From Scyliorhinus canicula (lineage: Eukaryota), in contig NC_052161.1 of assembly GCF_902713615.1 (NCBI RefSeq), positions 51,092,528 to 51,156,527 of the forward strand: a stretch of 64,000 bases of DNA. The letters are read 5' to 3'. The position numbers were made by a program, and so were the translations under genes. Below, in pieces: positions 8,095 through 21,041 of this stretch; the first letter of the stretch is position 1; each line of letters starts with the position of its first letter. Below the pieces are notes generated by a model. It did no database searches, had not been told where the DNA came from, and saw only the letters and a program-made list of their open reading frames with translations.

Positions 8095-9733
8095 GCCCAT
8101 TTTTGTTGTTTATTTCTCCATGTTTTACCACGGAATTTTGTTTTCCTCTTAATTTAGCAATTGGTAGAATGTCCATTCCTTTAGGCGCTCCTTGCTTTCA
8201 AGGAACAGGGTAGGCACTCCCAATGAATGCCCTACCTAAGGAGGTAATGCCTTACCCAGGAAGGCTGATGAAGCATGTGCATAGGCTCCAGAATTATCTG
8301 TGCATGTCCCGGACAGTCTACCTTTATGACTTGCATTTCACTGGGAAGGAAACAATGTCCAGCTCTTGCAAATGAACCTGTTACTGACTGTCAGACATGG
8401 CTGGAATGCTTCTGTTCATGGTGCACCAGGCATGAATGTAGTCTGTCTTGTGATTGTCTGTGAAATGTTGGAAATTTGCAAACAATCGTTTTGCAGCCAA
8501 AAATAAAGATGAAGCTTGTTAAATGAAAGTACATATCGCAGTGATATTTTATCAGCAAGCTTGAAGCAACGAGAATCAAGGCATCTTTTCTATATGATAA
8601 ATGGTTTCCTTTGGACTGATGATGATGAACGACTCTCGTGGGACAGTTCCTCCCCCCAAAAAACTGTTGAGTTCCTCCTTAAATTCCTGGATGGTCACCT
8701 TCCTTTCCTACACTTGCTTCAGCATCAGGTCTAGTTCTCTCTGAAAGGTTGCTTCCAGTTTCCTCAATAAATTCCTTCAATTCCGTAGATTCTGGTGGCA
8801 AATGTCAAATCGCCACGGTCTGATGAGTGCTTTCTTGAGGCACAGTTGCTGCTTTTTGAATCTCTTGCTGTCCCAGATATTGCAACCCTGGTGCCTGTTC
8901 ACAACCAGTCATATGGTTCAACCCATATTGAAATCTGTTTGCACAATACCTGATGCTCTGCCCTTGTGCCCCATTGGAAAATTGCCAGCAGATTTCAGTT
9001 TATTTGACATTCTTCGTAAAAAGTTTGATTTGTAAGATATGTTCTGACGGTAAGAGTCTGTCTGACAACTTGAGAAGCTGCCGTATTGCACCCCCCCCCC
9101 CCCCCCCCCCCCCCATACCGCCCCAACACACAACCTCCGGCCAAGATTTTACAGACTTTAGGACTATGGTACAAATTAGTCCTGTAAATAATTATTGTTC
9201 TACCTTCTTTTAAAGTATTTTTGTTCTACACCAAGCAAATTTGAAGTTTAAAAAATAGCTATACGGTAACAATAATAAGAGATTATCGATAATTCATGGT
9301 GTCGTAATGGTTATTTTGAAGTGACGAGGAGGGGGCTGGGGACTATTTAGAGTTTGCGCTCATGTGGAATAAATCATCCAATGCATTATTAAAGTTCATT
9401 GTTAAGGCGAGATGAAATAAATAATATTGTTCTTAAATAAGTTGTTTCTTTAAACACTTTTTTAAGACGACTATCACAGCAAATGCTACTCAATTTTTTC
9501 TGAAATGCCTTTATTTTTTTTTGTTGCTGTGCTTCAATGAAATGTTTTGTTCAGCAATAAATGTAACATTAACCTGAAACAATGTCATTTACTTTTTGCT
9601 AAGATAACAGCTTGGAATGCTGTGAGAGTTACATTAAAGCGGAGGGAAATTGTGTGTGTATTTTAATGTACTGGAATATCCAATGGATATTGTAACACTG
9701 TAACCTTTCTATACATGTTATTAACATTTACAG

Positions 9734-9880
9734 GCTCATGTCTATTCTTTGGGGGCTACACTAGCTGCTGCAGCTGAATATGTGATAGAGCCAGAGCTAG
9801 AACCAAACCTCAGCGAAGAATTAAGAAGCCTTCTCGATCAAATGCAGCGAGAGAAACCTGAAGAGAGGCCAGATATCGAG
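9734..9880 (+). CDS. KNDC1: KNDC1 coding exon (KIND1; about exon 4): AHVYSLGATLAAAAEYVIEPELEPNLSEELRSLLDQMQREKPEERPDIE
   Basis: cag|...|gtacaa, phase 0/0; matches recalled human AHIYSLGATLKAALEYVAEPTLEPRLSQDLEALLSRMQAEDPGDRPDLE. Confidence 0.95.
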
Positions 9881-10477
9881 GTACAAATGTGTGATTTTTG
9901 GTGGAATTTATGCATGGCTTCTTTGTTCCATGCATGTTGACTACTAGCATAATAACGCTTTTTGTATACATTCTGTTTAAGGACCTCTTCAAAATGCAAA
10001 TTCTGGAATATATCTATTTTGTTTAGCTGGGTATCTAAAACAGTTGGAAATTCAAGAGCCATGCTTGAAAGCCTAACGAGTGAGAAATCCACATGGATGG
10101 TCTGGGAAGCGGATCTTAATCTGCAAGGAAAAAGGGCAGGTTTGAGTTAGTCTGCAAAATCTGTTTCTCGTCCCGAATCCTCCTCCAACTCCTCCGCTTG
10201 CAGCTTTATCTGAAGCCGTAAGGTGGGCAGACGACCAATGTACTCCAAATGTGATAATAAGTAAGCCTTGTTGTCATTCAGATTTTCAAATTTTAACTAT
10301 AGTCAGCTGGTTCTTTAGCCGTTTCATTGAGGCATAGGCTTGGTGGATTCAGGAGTTGAGTGCCTTTATACCAAACTCCTGGATCCAAGTGTCTGGCAGC
10401 CTGGGGAACCACTGAGATCTCCCTGCAATCAGCAGCCGACTCAATCTACCCTTGCCATCTCCCCCCCAACTATCAGT

Positions 10478-10655
10478 GGCTGTTTAGCACACTGGGCTAA
10501 ATCGCTGGCTTTGAAAGCAGACCAAGGGCAGGCCAGCAGCACGGTTCGATTCCCGTAACAGCCTCCCCGGACAGGCGCTGGAATGTGGCGACTAGGGGCT
10601 TTTCACAGTAACTTAATTGAAGCCTACTCGTGACAATAAGCGATTTTCATTTCAT
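10478..10655 (+). mobile_element. Short tRNA-derived SINE with (TTTCA)n tail
   Basis: A/B-box-like head (TTAGCAC..GG, GGTTCGATTCC); further copies at 22331, 44008, 56903. Confidence 0.88.
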
Positions 10656-10691
10656 CACCACCAACTCCATCGAAATGCCCCGCCAAAATCC

Positions 10692-11700
10692 TTTTTTTCT
10701 TAATGCTTCTTTTAAGTTTTTTTTATACATAACAAGGATGAAAGTAAACATATGCAAAAACTAAATCTATCATTTACAATTTACATTTTACAGGTGCCCA
10801 GCTTTTGACTTGGCCTCCAAACCCCAACTTCCCCTGTTCCCCAAGTCCCCATCCCCTTCTTACTATTTGGTGTGTTTTCTTTGTTCGTTGGTTGATTCAT
10901 CAGTCCTGAATCTATTGGGGTAGCATAGTGATACATATGTTACCTTGTACTAATTTATTCTTTTTTGGTTGTTTCTATTTTCAAGCGTTCGGTACAGAGG
11001 GGGTGGGCCATGTGGGTGTAGTTGGGTTGTGTGTCTCCTTGTTCCCTCTCTTCTTCCTCTTCTCTCTCTTTCCATTTGTGTCTGTGGGTTTCCCGCCCCA
11101 CTGGCTTACTGGCTGCTGGCTACACACAGGTCTTGGAACAGGTTGGTGAATGGCCTCCACGTCTTGTGGAAGCCCTCTTCTAACCCCTGGATGATGAATT
11201 TGATTTTCTCCATTTGGAGAAATTCCGACAGGTCGGCCAGCTAGTCCGTGGATTTAGGTGGTGCTGCTGATTGCCAGCCGAGCAGGATTCTTTGGCGGGT
11301 GATTTGGGAAACAAAGGCTCAGTCGTCGGCCCTCCTCCCATAAAGAGTTCTGGCTGGTCCAATACCCTGAAGACTGCCACATTCGGGCATGGCTCCCTCT
11401 CATCCCCACAACCTTGGACATCACCTCGAGGAAGGCTGTCCAGAACCCAACAAGCCTGGGGCGTGATTGGCCGGGCCTCCCTGCCACCATTCACATATGC
11501 TCTCCATCTCCAGGAAGAATCTGCTCATTCAGGTTCTGTTTAAGTGGGCTCCATGTATCACTTTCAGTTGCATTAGGCTTAGTTCTTCACAAGTGGAGGT
11601 GGAGTTGACCCTGTGCAGTGCTTCGCTCCAAATTCCCCACCCTATTCAAAAATCTAGCTCTTCCTCCCATTTTGCTCTTGTCTCATCCAGTGGGGAGCAT
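10692..11700 (-). mobile_element. L1/Tx1-clade LINE 3' fragment, decayed
   Basis: Homologous to 29499-30957 (FWTAFLEVMSKVVG.., LQMEKIKF..); T-rich tail. Confidence 0.85.
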
Positions 11701-13215
11701 GCCTTTCCTACTAATCGCTCACACAGGTCCCCGCAGTTTCTCCCCCTTAAGTTATCAGAGTCCAGTAGTTCCTCTAATCGCGATTGTTTTGGCGCAGACA
11801 TTGGCAAGACCAGAGGATCCTACCAGTGGCCAAGTGGCCAATGGTGAGACATCTCCGCTGCTGGAAAACACATTGCCCAGTCGGGGAGGGGGGGGGGGGG
11901 CAGAAAATCCTTCCCTTATGTATCTGAGCACCATATTGAAAGGTGACAACATCACTTACCCATAATTGAAGAAAGAAGGTGGACCTCCTGAAAATGAAGA
12001 TGGACCTCTGGGGGCATCCTGAGGCTGGAAGATGAACCTCCTGAGGAAGAAGGTGGATCTCCAGGAACATTCTGAGGCTGGAATATGGACCACTTCCTGG
12101 ACACTTAATCTGGAAGATCCACCTGCACATTGGTGCCCATCCAGTTCTGTGTTGTTGTGGGGTGCAGCGATGCCTGCACTCTGGAGGCAGCCCCAGACAT
12201 TATTCAGGTCAGTCCTGACATCTGTAAACCATGTTGTTCCAGATGCGTATTGCACCAGTATGTTTTCCCCATTGTGCTTTGACGAATTGGGAGTGGACGA
12301 TGGGTTGCTGATGAGCTTCACGCTGACCTCTAGCGGGTTTCCTGATCCATCATGGCAGACACCAATGGAAGAAACCAGAGAAAAAATTCACGCTGGTCTG
12401 AAACCAATTTAGGGATGTTTGGGCCTCCTGCCAAATACCCCCCCCCCCCCCCCCCCCCCCCCCCGCCTGCAATTGAACATTCTATTGGGGACTTGGGAGA
12501 ATTCCACCCATTGACTCTATTCCTCTCTCCACAGAAGCTGCCTGGCCTGCTGAGAATTTCCAGAATTGTCTGGGGGTTTTTTTTAGATTCTCGCATCTGC
12601 ATTGCTTTTCTCTCTTATAATATGTTCCATATTGGGCATATGCAAGTGTGGTTAGTTTCAATTTAAAATGAGAGAATATCACTCAATGTAAAGTGTAATT
12701 TTACCTGTTAACAAAATTCACGTGTGTTGCTGTAAATAACAGGTGCATTGGTTGGTACTAATTCACTGGAGGGTTTTGGCATTTTTAAACTTAGTAAAAC
12801 CAGGAGTCATTTGCCAGTAGAATATGTCACTGTTAGTTCAAGATAGTATCGTTTATACATAGGATTGTTGTTTGCCGTGCTTGTGAGGTTCTGGTCTTTT
12901 GGATGTCGCTGTCTGGATATTGCATAGGGTCAGGTTCAAAGAAGCAGGGCTGGCTGCAGAATATGAATGACCAAGTTGTGTAATTGTCTGACAAAACTAT
13001 GGTAGTAAAGTATATCATACTGAAACCTGAGTTTCCGATAAGTTTGTAAACAGAGGCAAAGAATAAAAAAGCCAAGGAGATTTTCCAAGCCGATATAAAA
13101 GTTATACCTCACTATGACTATGGTACCCAATTCTGGGCACCCAAAGGATGTGAGGATTATTAGGGGCTCAGGATACAGAAGAAGCTCCAGGGACCATTAA
13201 CTCTCTCCCTGTCAA

Positions 13216-13520
13216 CATCATCCAGGACAAAACAGTCCGCACGATTTGCATCTCATCTACCACCATAAACATTCGCTCCCTCTACCACTGGTACGCTGTG
13301 ACAGCAGTGCACACCATGTGCAAGGTATGCCGCAGCAACGTGCCAAGGTTCTATGACAGCACATTCCAAACGCTTGATCTCTACCACCTAAAGGGACAAA
13401 GACAGCAGGCAGATGGGAACACCATAATCTGCAAGTTTTCCTCCAAGTCACACCCCATCTTTACCTGGTCCTACATCCTTCACTGCCACTGGGCCAAAAT
13501 CCTGGAACTGCTTCCCTAGC
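13216..13520 (+). mobile_element. Fragment of a second CR1-like LINE family
   Basis: Homologous to 24036-24575 and to the reverse complement of 40360-40980. Confidence 0.75.
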
Positions 13521-14179
13521 TGCATTTCCCTGTTTAAAGCTCTTCCCTCCTGCGATTAATCGAGTAGCTGCCTTAGAGGGACCAGCCATATTAAACAGGT
13601 TTTTTAAAACCCAGTGTCCAGACTCCAGATTACTCAAAATAAATGGAAAAGGAAATCAGCTAGTTTTAAGTAGATTTTGTATGTTTCAAAATCACTCATC
13701 CTGGTCTTCAAGTGCCTCCACAGCATTGCTCCACCCTATGTTTTTCTCCTACTTCTATGTTACAACATACACCCTCCCCTTTTCAGACTGTGGTTTACTA
13801 TGTGCCCTATCATTTCACAATGATGGCAGAACCTGGAAATTACTAGCTAAGTCTTGCGACCTCCCACTCAACTGACAGAAACTGCATGAACCTCATTGCT
13901 CCCCCCCACCCCATCGAATTGACACACGGTGTCTCACCCTCACACTAAGTGTGGCAGGATATTATTTTATATGAAAGGCAGTTTACAAATGTTAGATTGC
14001 TGTTATATCAAGTTTAACAATATTAATGATGAACTGTGAAGCTTTAAGCAAAAGTGCCACCTCAGGTCAGGATCGCAGGAAAAGGCATTTCTGCTATATT
14101 TCAACAATCAGATTTGGCACACTGTAAGTTCTCACTTAATAAGATTGGCGATTTTTAGGTAGTACTCTGGTTTCACATT

Positions 14180-14402
14180 TAAAAAAAAATAAATTTAGAG
14201 TACAATTCATTTTTTCCAATCCAGGGGAAATTTAGCCTGGCCAATCCACCTACTGGCACATCTTTTGTGTTGTGGGGGGGCGAAACCCACACAAACACAG
14301 GGAGAATGTGTAAACTCCACAGTGACCCAGAGCCAGGATCGAACCTGGGACCTCAGCACCGTGAGGCAGCAGTGCTAACCATTCGCCACTGTGCTGCCCC
14401 TA
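14180..14402 (-). mobile_element. V-SINE (HE1-like), short poly(A)-tailed variant
   Basis: tRNA-like head plus GTGGAGTTT..CATTCTCCC core; TSD GTTTCACATT (14170-14179/14403-14412). Confidence 0.9.
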
Positions 14403-14649
14403 GTTTCACATTGAATCAACTGAGTTGTGACTGTCCAACGTAATTTACTTCAGGCTATTACAATTGAAGAAGAGGAGGCGTTACTTTGTCGCTCTATATG
14501 TTAAGACCAGAAAACTCCTGGTAACTGAACAGTGTGCTAACCCATTGTACCACCTCATCTCTTCCACCAAAACATTTGCAAAGTAAATTAATGCTGTATG
14601 TTATTAAAATAGAAGTTCTAATAATAATTCATTTATTTGTATTCTGCAG

Positions 14650-14767
14650 GGTATCCTCAACACATGTGAAGAAAAACTGAAGTGTTCGTCCTCAGACATT
14701 ATTTGTCGCAACCTCTCTGCCATAGGTCGAAGGGTATTATCAATTGAATCTGTTGGTGCTCTCCAGG
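14650..14767 (+). CDS. KNDC1: KNDC1 coding exon (about exon 5): GILNTCEEKLKCSSSDIICRNLSAIGRRVLSIESVGALQ
   Basis: cag|...G|gtaggt, phase 0/1; matches human ..CEEKL..VCRSLSAVGRRVLSIESFGALQ. Confidence 0.95.
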
Positions 14768-15329
14768 GTAGGTGACAGATAGTTATTTTCATGACCACAG
14801 TAAACTTCTGGTTTACTTTGAAATGTTTTAAAAGGCACACCCATTGATGTTCATATTTCACTGTGTTGGAAAAATGGAAACAATCATTCAAATTGATTAC
14901 ACATAGCTATAAGGTACAGGGTGCAGTAGGAAATGAACATAACGAATCATGGGGACCTGAAATTATTGAGCCTGAGAACACAGGACAAAGACTTGGAGGC
15001 CAAACATTGAGGTAGGACCTGCTTCCAATCATCACTGCTCCATCTTTTTTTGCATTGTGAAAGTCTGATGGAACTGGGGTAGATGCAATATGCATCTGCC
15101 CTCTTCCTTTTGCAATGTAGTTCAAAGAGATTGGTCCGGTGGGATGAAGGAGTAGGGGACAGCACAGGGAGTGCCGTGTTGAGGTACGGGATCAGCCATG
15201 ATTATCACATTGAATGATGGAGGGGGCTTGAAGGGGCTAATGGCCTAGCTCTGCTCCCTTTTTCCTACATTTCTAATATGAATGAGAGTCACACTGGCCA
15301 TTTTCTAAAACAGTCAATCACAATGAAAT

Positions 15330-15730
15330 CATAGGAACATGGAAAATAGGAGCGGGAATAGGTCATTTGGACTTTCACGCCTGCTCCCCCATTCAACATG
15401 ATCGTGGCTGATCCTCTATCTCAATGCCATACTCGCACACTCGTCCCAACCCTTGTAAACTTTAGAGTCCAGAAATCTATAAATTTCCTTCTTAAATGTA
15501 TTCAGTGACTTGGCCTCACAGCCTTCTGTGGTAGGAAACCTCACAGGTTCACCACCCTCTCAGTGAAGAAGTTTCTTCTCATAGAATCCTGAATAGCGTA
15601 CTCTGCAGCTTGAGACTGTGACCCCTTGTTTGAGACACCTTCCAGCCAGGGGAAACAATATCCCTGCATCCAGTCTGCCCAGCCCTGTCAGAAACCTATA
15701 CGTTTCACTGAGATCCCCTCTCATTTTTCT
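15330..15730 (-). mobile_element. CR1 3' fragment, decayed
   Basis: CATAGGAACATGG tail, ..GAAGAAGTTTCTTCTC..GAGATCCCCTCTCATT; a tail-to-tail + strand CR1 end lies at about 15121-15275. Confidence 0.75.
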
Positions 15731-15884
15731 GGATCAGTCAGTCACCGTTCGAAAAGCAACTTTGAAGAAATTGCTGCCATTTTTGAATACATTCAACTGT
15801 GCAGATGAATTAGTCAAACCTCAATCAATAAGCAGTGTACTGTCACTCTGACTTACCGGGTTCCTTCAGGAATGATGACCAATG

Positions 15885-16109
15885 GGGCAGCACGGTGGCA
15901 CAGTGGTTAGCATTGCTGCCTACGGCGCTGAGGACCCGGGTTCGAATCCCGGCCCTGGGTCACTGTCCGTGTGGCGTTTGCACATTCTCCCCGTGTCTGC
16001 GTGGGTTTCACCCCCACAACCCAAAGATGTGCAGGATAGGTAGATTGGCTACTCTAAATTGCCCCCTTAAATGGAAAAAATAATTGGGTACTCTAAATTT
16101 AAAAAAAAA
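15885..16109 (+). mobile_element. V-SINE (HE1-like), short poly(A)-tailed variant
   Basis: GGGCAGCACGGTGGCACAGTGGTTAGC head, GGGTTCGAATCCC B box, poly(A); 17-bp TSD AGGAATGATGACCAATG. Confidence 0.93.
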
Positions 16110-16370
16110 AGGAATGATGACCAATGCAGTTTTCAAGTTTTGAAATGGATCAACTACAGATACATTGGCAGCTAGGTTTCTTCCTGTGCCATACTTGCCA
16201 CAGCAGGACAGAGCTGCACCCCGTGGTGTTTCATTACTATGGTGTATTTTCATTTTAATTAAATACCCTGTAAGAACAGTAAGTCCTAAATTTTAGATAA
16301 ACAGGCATCTGTTGTTTTGTCCTTGCTAATTAGCCACAAAAAAGGAAAGGAATATTTTCAACTTTGGTTG

Positions 16371-16703
16371 TAGAATTCATAGAATTTACAGTGCAGAAGG
16401 AGGCCATTTGGCCCATCGAGTCTGCACCAGCTCTTGGAAAGAGCACCCTACCCAAGGTCCACACTGCCACCCTATCCTCATAACCCAATAACCCCACCCA
16501 ACACTCAGGGCAATTTTGGACACTAAAGGCAATTTAGCATGGCCAATCCACCTAACCTGCACATCTTTGGGCTGTGGGAGGAAACCGGAGCACCCGGGGA
16601 GAAGGTGCAGACTCCGCACAGACAGTGATCCAAGCCAGGAATCAAACCTGGAACCCTGGAGCTGCGAAGCAATTATGCTAACCACAATGCTACCGTGCTA
16701 CCC
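16371..16703 (-). mobile_element. V-SINE (HE1-like), CR1-tailed variant
   Basis: V core plus GGGCCAAATGGCCTCCTTCTGCACTGTAAATTCTATG tail on the - strand. Confidence 0.9.
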
Positions 16704-16732
16704 TTTGATGTGGCTTTGATTACGCTGCATAT

Positions 16733-17340
16733 CAGCAGAGAAGTGTTGTTGCAATTATATAGGGTGTTGGTGAGACCACATCTGGAGCATTTTGTCCAGT
16801 TTTGGTCTCCTTATTTGAGGAAGGATGTGGTGGCATTGGAGGCAGTTCAGAGGAGATTCACCAGATTGATTCCAGGATGAAGGGGTTGGCATATGAGGAG
16901 AGATTAAACAGTTTGGGCTTATACTCGCTGGAGTTTAGAAGGTTGAGAGCGGAGCTGATTGAGGTATATAAAATACTAAAAGGGATTGATAAAGTAAATG
17001 TAGACCAAATGTTCCTTCTTGTGGGGCAATCTAGAACAAGACCCACAGATATAGGTTGAGAGGTGGTAGATTTAAAACTGAGATGAGGAGGAACTACTTC
17101 CCGCAGAGGTTGGTGAATTTGTGGAACTTACTGCCCCATAGTGTGGTGGAGTCCGAAACATTAAATGGTTTCAAGAGGGAGATATACATAGTTTTGATTA
17201 AAAAATGGGTCAAAGGGATTTGGGGAATGGGTAGGTAGGTAGCTTTGAGACCACAAAGAGATCAGTCATGATCTGATTGAATGGCAGAGCAGGCACAAAG
17301 GGCTGAGTTGCCCACTTCTGGTCCTAATTCCTATGTTCGT
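16733..17340 (+). mobile_element. CR1 3' fragment (frameshifted)
   Basis: LQLYRVLVRPHLEH.VQFWSPYLRKD..EAVQRRFTRLIPG etc. Confidence 0.9.
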
Positions 17341-17387
17341 ACTTCTTTGAACTTATTTGTTTTGAGTCATTCAGTTGCACTCTTGAT

Positions 17388-17677
17388 GCACTCTTTTCCC
17401 TCCGCCGCCCCGCAAGATCAAGCCGCCATGTCTTGCGGCGCAGCGGAGGGGAAGACAGCAACCGCGCATGCGCCGCCGGCCGCGTCATTCCCGGTGAGCC
17501 GCTTTGAGGCAAGCGTCAAGGCCCGGCGCGCGGAATCCACACGCTGCCGCTCCTAGCCCACCCCCCCCCCCCCCCCCCGAGAATAGGGGGCGAGGAGAGG
17601 CCTCCGACGCCGGAGTGAAACACTCCGGGTTTCACTCCGGCGTCACCTGTTTGTCTCCCGATGGGAGAATTCTGCCC
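17388..17677. mobile_element. Partial palindromic MITE (one TIR)
   Basis: Homologous to 18842-19168; ends GGGAGAATTCTGCCC. Confidence 0.8.
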
Positions 17678-17693
17678 CAAATCTTTTAGCATC

Positions 17694-18080
17694 TTCATGC
17701 CCTTCTCTTCAGTTCCTAAAACTTCCTTCTCACCTCCCTGGCTCAAATCTGTGGTTCCCCCAAATCGGCTTATCCCTTGACCCTGCCCCCAACCTGAAGT
17801 GTTGGCGAAACTGCCTCCAGATTTTCAGTGAAGCTATTATTACCGGACTCACTGAGTATTTCCTCGGAGCTATCGGAAGCGGTGCTGTTGCAAGTGCTTT
17901 CAGCCCCGACTCCCTGCACAAACTCTCCTCCATTCTGACCCACTGGGAATCAACCCCTCTGACCCAGCTCCACATTCGCCGCCCATTAGTAGTACATCAG
18001 GTTCGGGAGACCCAAACCCCCTGGCTGCCTTCCCCTCTGCAGCAGCACCTTTCTCACTCTGGCCACCTTCCCATTCCATA
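17694..18080 (-). mobile_element. L1/Tx1-clade ORF2 internal fragment
   Basis: WVRMEESLC..LKALATAPLP..SPVIIASLKIWRQFRQHF, homologous to the ORFs at 29822 and 62851. Confidence 0.85.
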
Positions 18081-18331
18081 TTAATCCTTTGATGCTGTGT
18101 TTTATTTCAGCATTTCTTACATAATGGAAATACAATTGGAAAAAAAATTATACAAAAAGTTTTGAATAGTATCTTGTTGCTGTTGGTCTGTTTATCGGAG
18201 CATTTACTTGCCAGTAACTATTAACTGGTGATAAAAATTGAGCCAGGTTTTTTGCAGAAGTTGAATTAGCAGATATATTTTAATATTTTTATTGAATTAG
18301 AAAAATATACAATATATATATACATATACAT

Positions 18332-19316
18332 AATCTTTATTGTCACAAATAGGCTGACATTAACACTGCAATGAAGTTACTGTGAAAGGCCTCTAGTGGT
18401 CTCATTCTGGCACCTGTTCGGGTACACAAAGGGTGAATTCAGAATGTCCAAATTACATAACAGCATGGGCACGATTCTCCGCTCCCACGCCGGGTGGGAC
18501 AATTGCGGGAGGGCCGCTCTGGCACCCCCCGTGATTCTCCCACCCCCCACCCCCAAAATGGGGTGTTGCATTTTGGGACACGCCGCTCGGAGAATCGCGG
18601 GCTGCTGTTTTTCACAGCGGCCCGCGATTCTCCGACCTGGATCGGCCAAGCGGCCTGCCGTTCCCGACCGGTTCACGCGGGCGGCAACCACACCTGGTCG
18701 CTACCGGCGTGAACATGGTGTCAATACCTGATTTGTGGCTTGTGGGGAGCGGAGAGAGGAGTGAGCACCACGACTGTGCTTGGGAGGGGACTGGCCCGCG
18801 ATCGGTGCCCACCGATCGTCAGGCCAGCGTCTCAAAGGGACGCACTCTTTCCCCTCCGCCGCCCCGCAGGATCAAGCCGCCACGTCTTGCGGGGCAGCGG
18901 AGGGGAAGACGGCAACCGCGCATGCGCGGGTTGGCGCCGGCCAACCTGCGCATGCGCGGCTGATGTCATTAGGCGCGCCGGCCGCGTCATTCTCAGCATG
19001 CTGGGCCTTGACGCCAGCGACAAGGCCCGGCGGTCGAGATTTATGGCACGGCCCTCCTAGCCCCCGGGGGTGGGGGGGGGAGAATAAGGGGCCAGGAGCG
19101 GCCTCCGACGCCGTCGTGTACCTCTCGGGGTTTCACGACGGTGTCGGGCCTTGCGGAGAATTCTGCCCCACATCTTTCAGGATTGTGGGAGGAGACCGGT
19201 GCACCCGGAGGAAACCCAGCAGATACAGGGAGAACGTGCAGACTCCACACAGTCACCCAAACCGGGAATCGAACCTGGGACCCTGGTGCCTACCCAGTGT
19301 GCTACCATGCCGCCGA
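18332..19316 (-). mobile_element. V-SINE with third tail type, interrupted by a MITE
   Basis: Head/V core at 19172-19316; tail (..TTCACAGTAACTTCATTG..GTGACAATAAAGATTA) at 18332-18466. Confidence 0.8.
18467..19168. mobile_element. Palindromic MITE, copy 2
   Basis: TIR GGGCACGATTCTCCGC / GCGGAGAATTCTGCCC; TSD CAT/CAC. Confidence 0.85.
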
Positions 19317-21041
19317 CAGGGGATGAATTTGCCCTACATCAGCAATGTAAAACAGGCTGGTGGCAAATCAAAAGCCAATTTATCACTACGCAGTTTTTAT
19401 TTGTCTATTTTGTCAACGTGGAAGCTAGAAGATCTTGTAGCACAGTGGTAGCATCCCTGCCTTTAGATCAGAAGCTCCGGGTTCAATCCAACATTAGGGC
19501 CTGTTGGCCATGGAAGGAGTGTTCATAATGCGGTTCGATGGGTTGATAATCACGTCAAGAATCCTTCCGCTACTATTCCAAAATGGGGAAAAGTTGTGTG
19601 AAGATATACAAAGGAAAAAGTTGATTTCAAACCAAATAAAAGCAACATCAGCACAGAATTCCATGGAGGCTGGTTCACTGAATCAGGAGATTACCTGGAT
19701 CAGCAAGCCCAAACTTGCAAAATGGCTGCCTTCACGACAGTTTTTTAGTCAGGGGGCGCAGGCTGAAATAGAAGTCAGAGAGTGATGACCTTGGAAAGAC
19801 TACACAGAGGTCAGAGATTAATGACCTTGGAATGAATAAGCAGGGTGCAGAAGCAGTCTGGGCACAAGACCTGCCTCTGTGCTCCGGTACTATGTTTAAG
19901 CAAATAAAAAATAATGATTAAGCAATCTTCTAGCCTTCAACCTTCACACTCGCATATAGTCCCTATGCTCCATCCATGCTAACCTAGGCCAGCCCTCCAG
20001 CCTTCACCCCTCACCCCCGCACATAGTCCTTATGCCCCATCTATGCCAACCTATGCCAGCCCATCCTCTATCCATGTCACTGCCCCAAACCTCATATTCC
20101 AAATTAGTGCCCTTCTACCCACCCCATTGCCCCATACCCCCATGCCATCTTAGTACCAGCTCATGCCAACCCATGCACCCAGCACTATTTGCCCTTACTC
20201 CCTTCATGCCAAATTGTCTAGTATCCTTGGACAGTTCCTTGACAGATTTGACACTTTTGGACAACTTTGCCAGCTGACCTGCTCTTTAACAGTTCTTAAA
20301 AGCGAGACAGTTCTTACACAGATTCTTGACCACTGGGCAGCTCTTTGACAGCTGGACAGATCCCATGAGTCTGTGTCAAAAGTGTATTAAAATTCACTTT
20401 TAACAATCTCAAAGGGTGTGATACCTCTTCCAAATGTGTCCTGGAACCCTATCTAAAGGGATACCCTAGCTATCTAAACAAATGCACCAAGTTCAGATCC
20501 CCTTTTACCTATTCCAGTCTGTACACTCCAGATTTCGCACACCTCGCCTTTCAAAGTCTCACTTCAGAACAGGCACCTGGTGATGTAAATGATCAGCTGA
20601 CTCTACGAATCGCGCATGTGCAAATCCTGGCCCAACTCCAGTCCTGTCCCGGCAAAAATAGGGAATGCTGGGTTCGGGGGCAGACATTGAATTTTCAGCC
20701 ATTTCTGGGATGGGCATTGTGACGGAGAGCCTCTCCATCGTGGTGAAAGCCCAGGCCAGTGAGTCTAGAAAGTGAGTCTCAAAAAAGAGTTTAAACTATT
20801 GTTCTTTGAACTTCAGTGGAAAAAAAGAATTAGGAGCAGCATAAAATTGACTGCCGATTCTCCACAAGCCTGTTTCGTGCTCCTCGTGCTGATTAATTTC
20901 CTTCCCTAGATGATTCATTCATTGAGAATAAATTAGTATCACAGATTTATTCTTTCATCTTCTTAACCTGTACGTGCCTTCTACTTATTTTATATGGAAC
21001 CAGGTATCCTATTGATCTGTGTTTTCAAAATCTTTTTATAG

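Noticed and set aside
8590-8900. Possible decayed LINE ORF1 coiled-coil remnant on the - strand
   Set aside because: Multiple stops and no diagnostic motif; cannot be supported by eye
11960-12120. Degenerate purine-rich duplication (GAAGGTGGA.CTCC / CTGAGGCTGGAA.ATG)
   Set aside because: Only two or three decayed units with no fixed repeat-spacer structure; not CRISPR-like, origin unassignable
15885-15960. tRNA-like sequences with A/B boxes
   Set aside because: They are SINE heads continuing into repeat bodies, not stand-alone tRNA genes
19940-20360. (ATGCC/CCCAT)- and TGACAG-rich degenerate repeats
   Set aside because: Probably the interior of an old transposon; termini could not be defined
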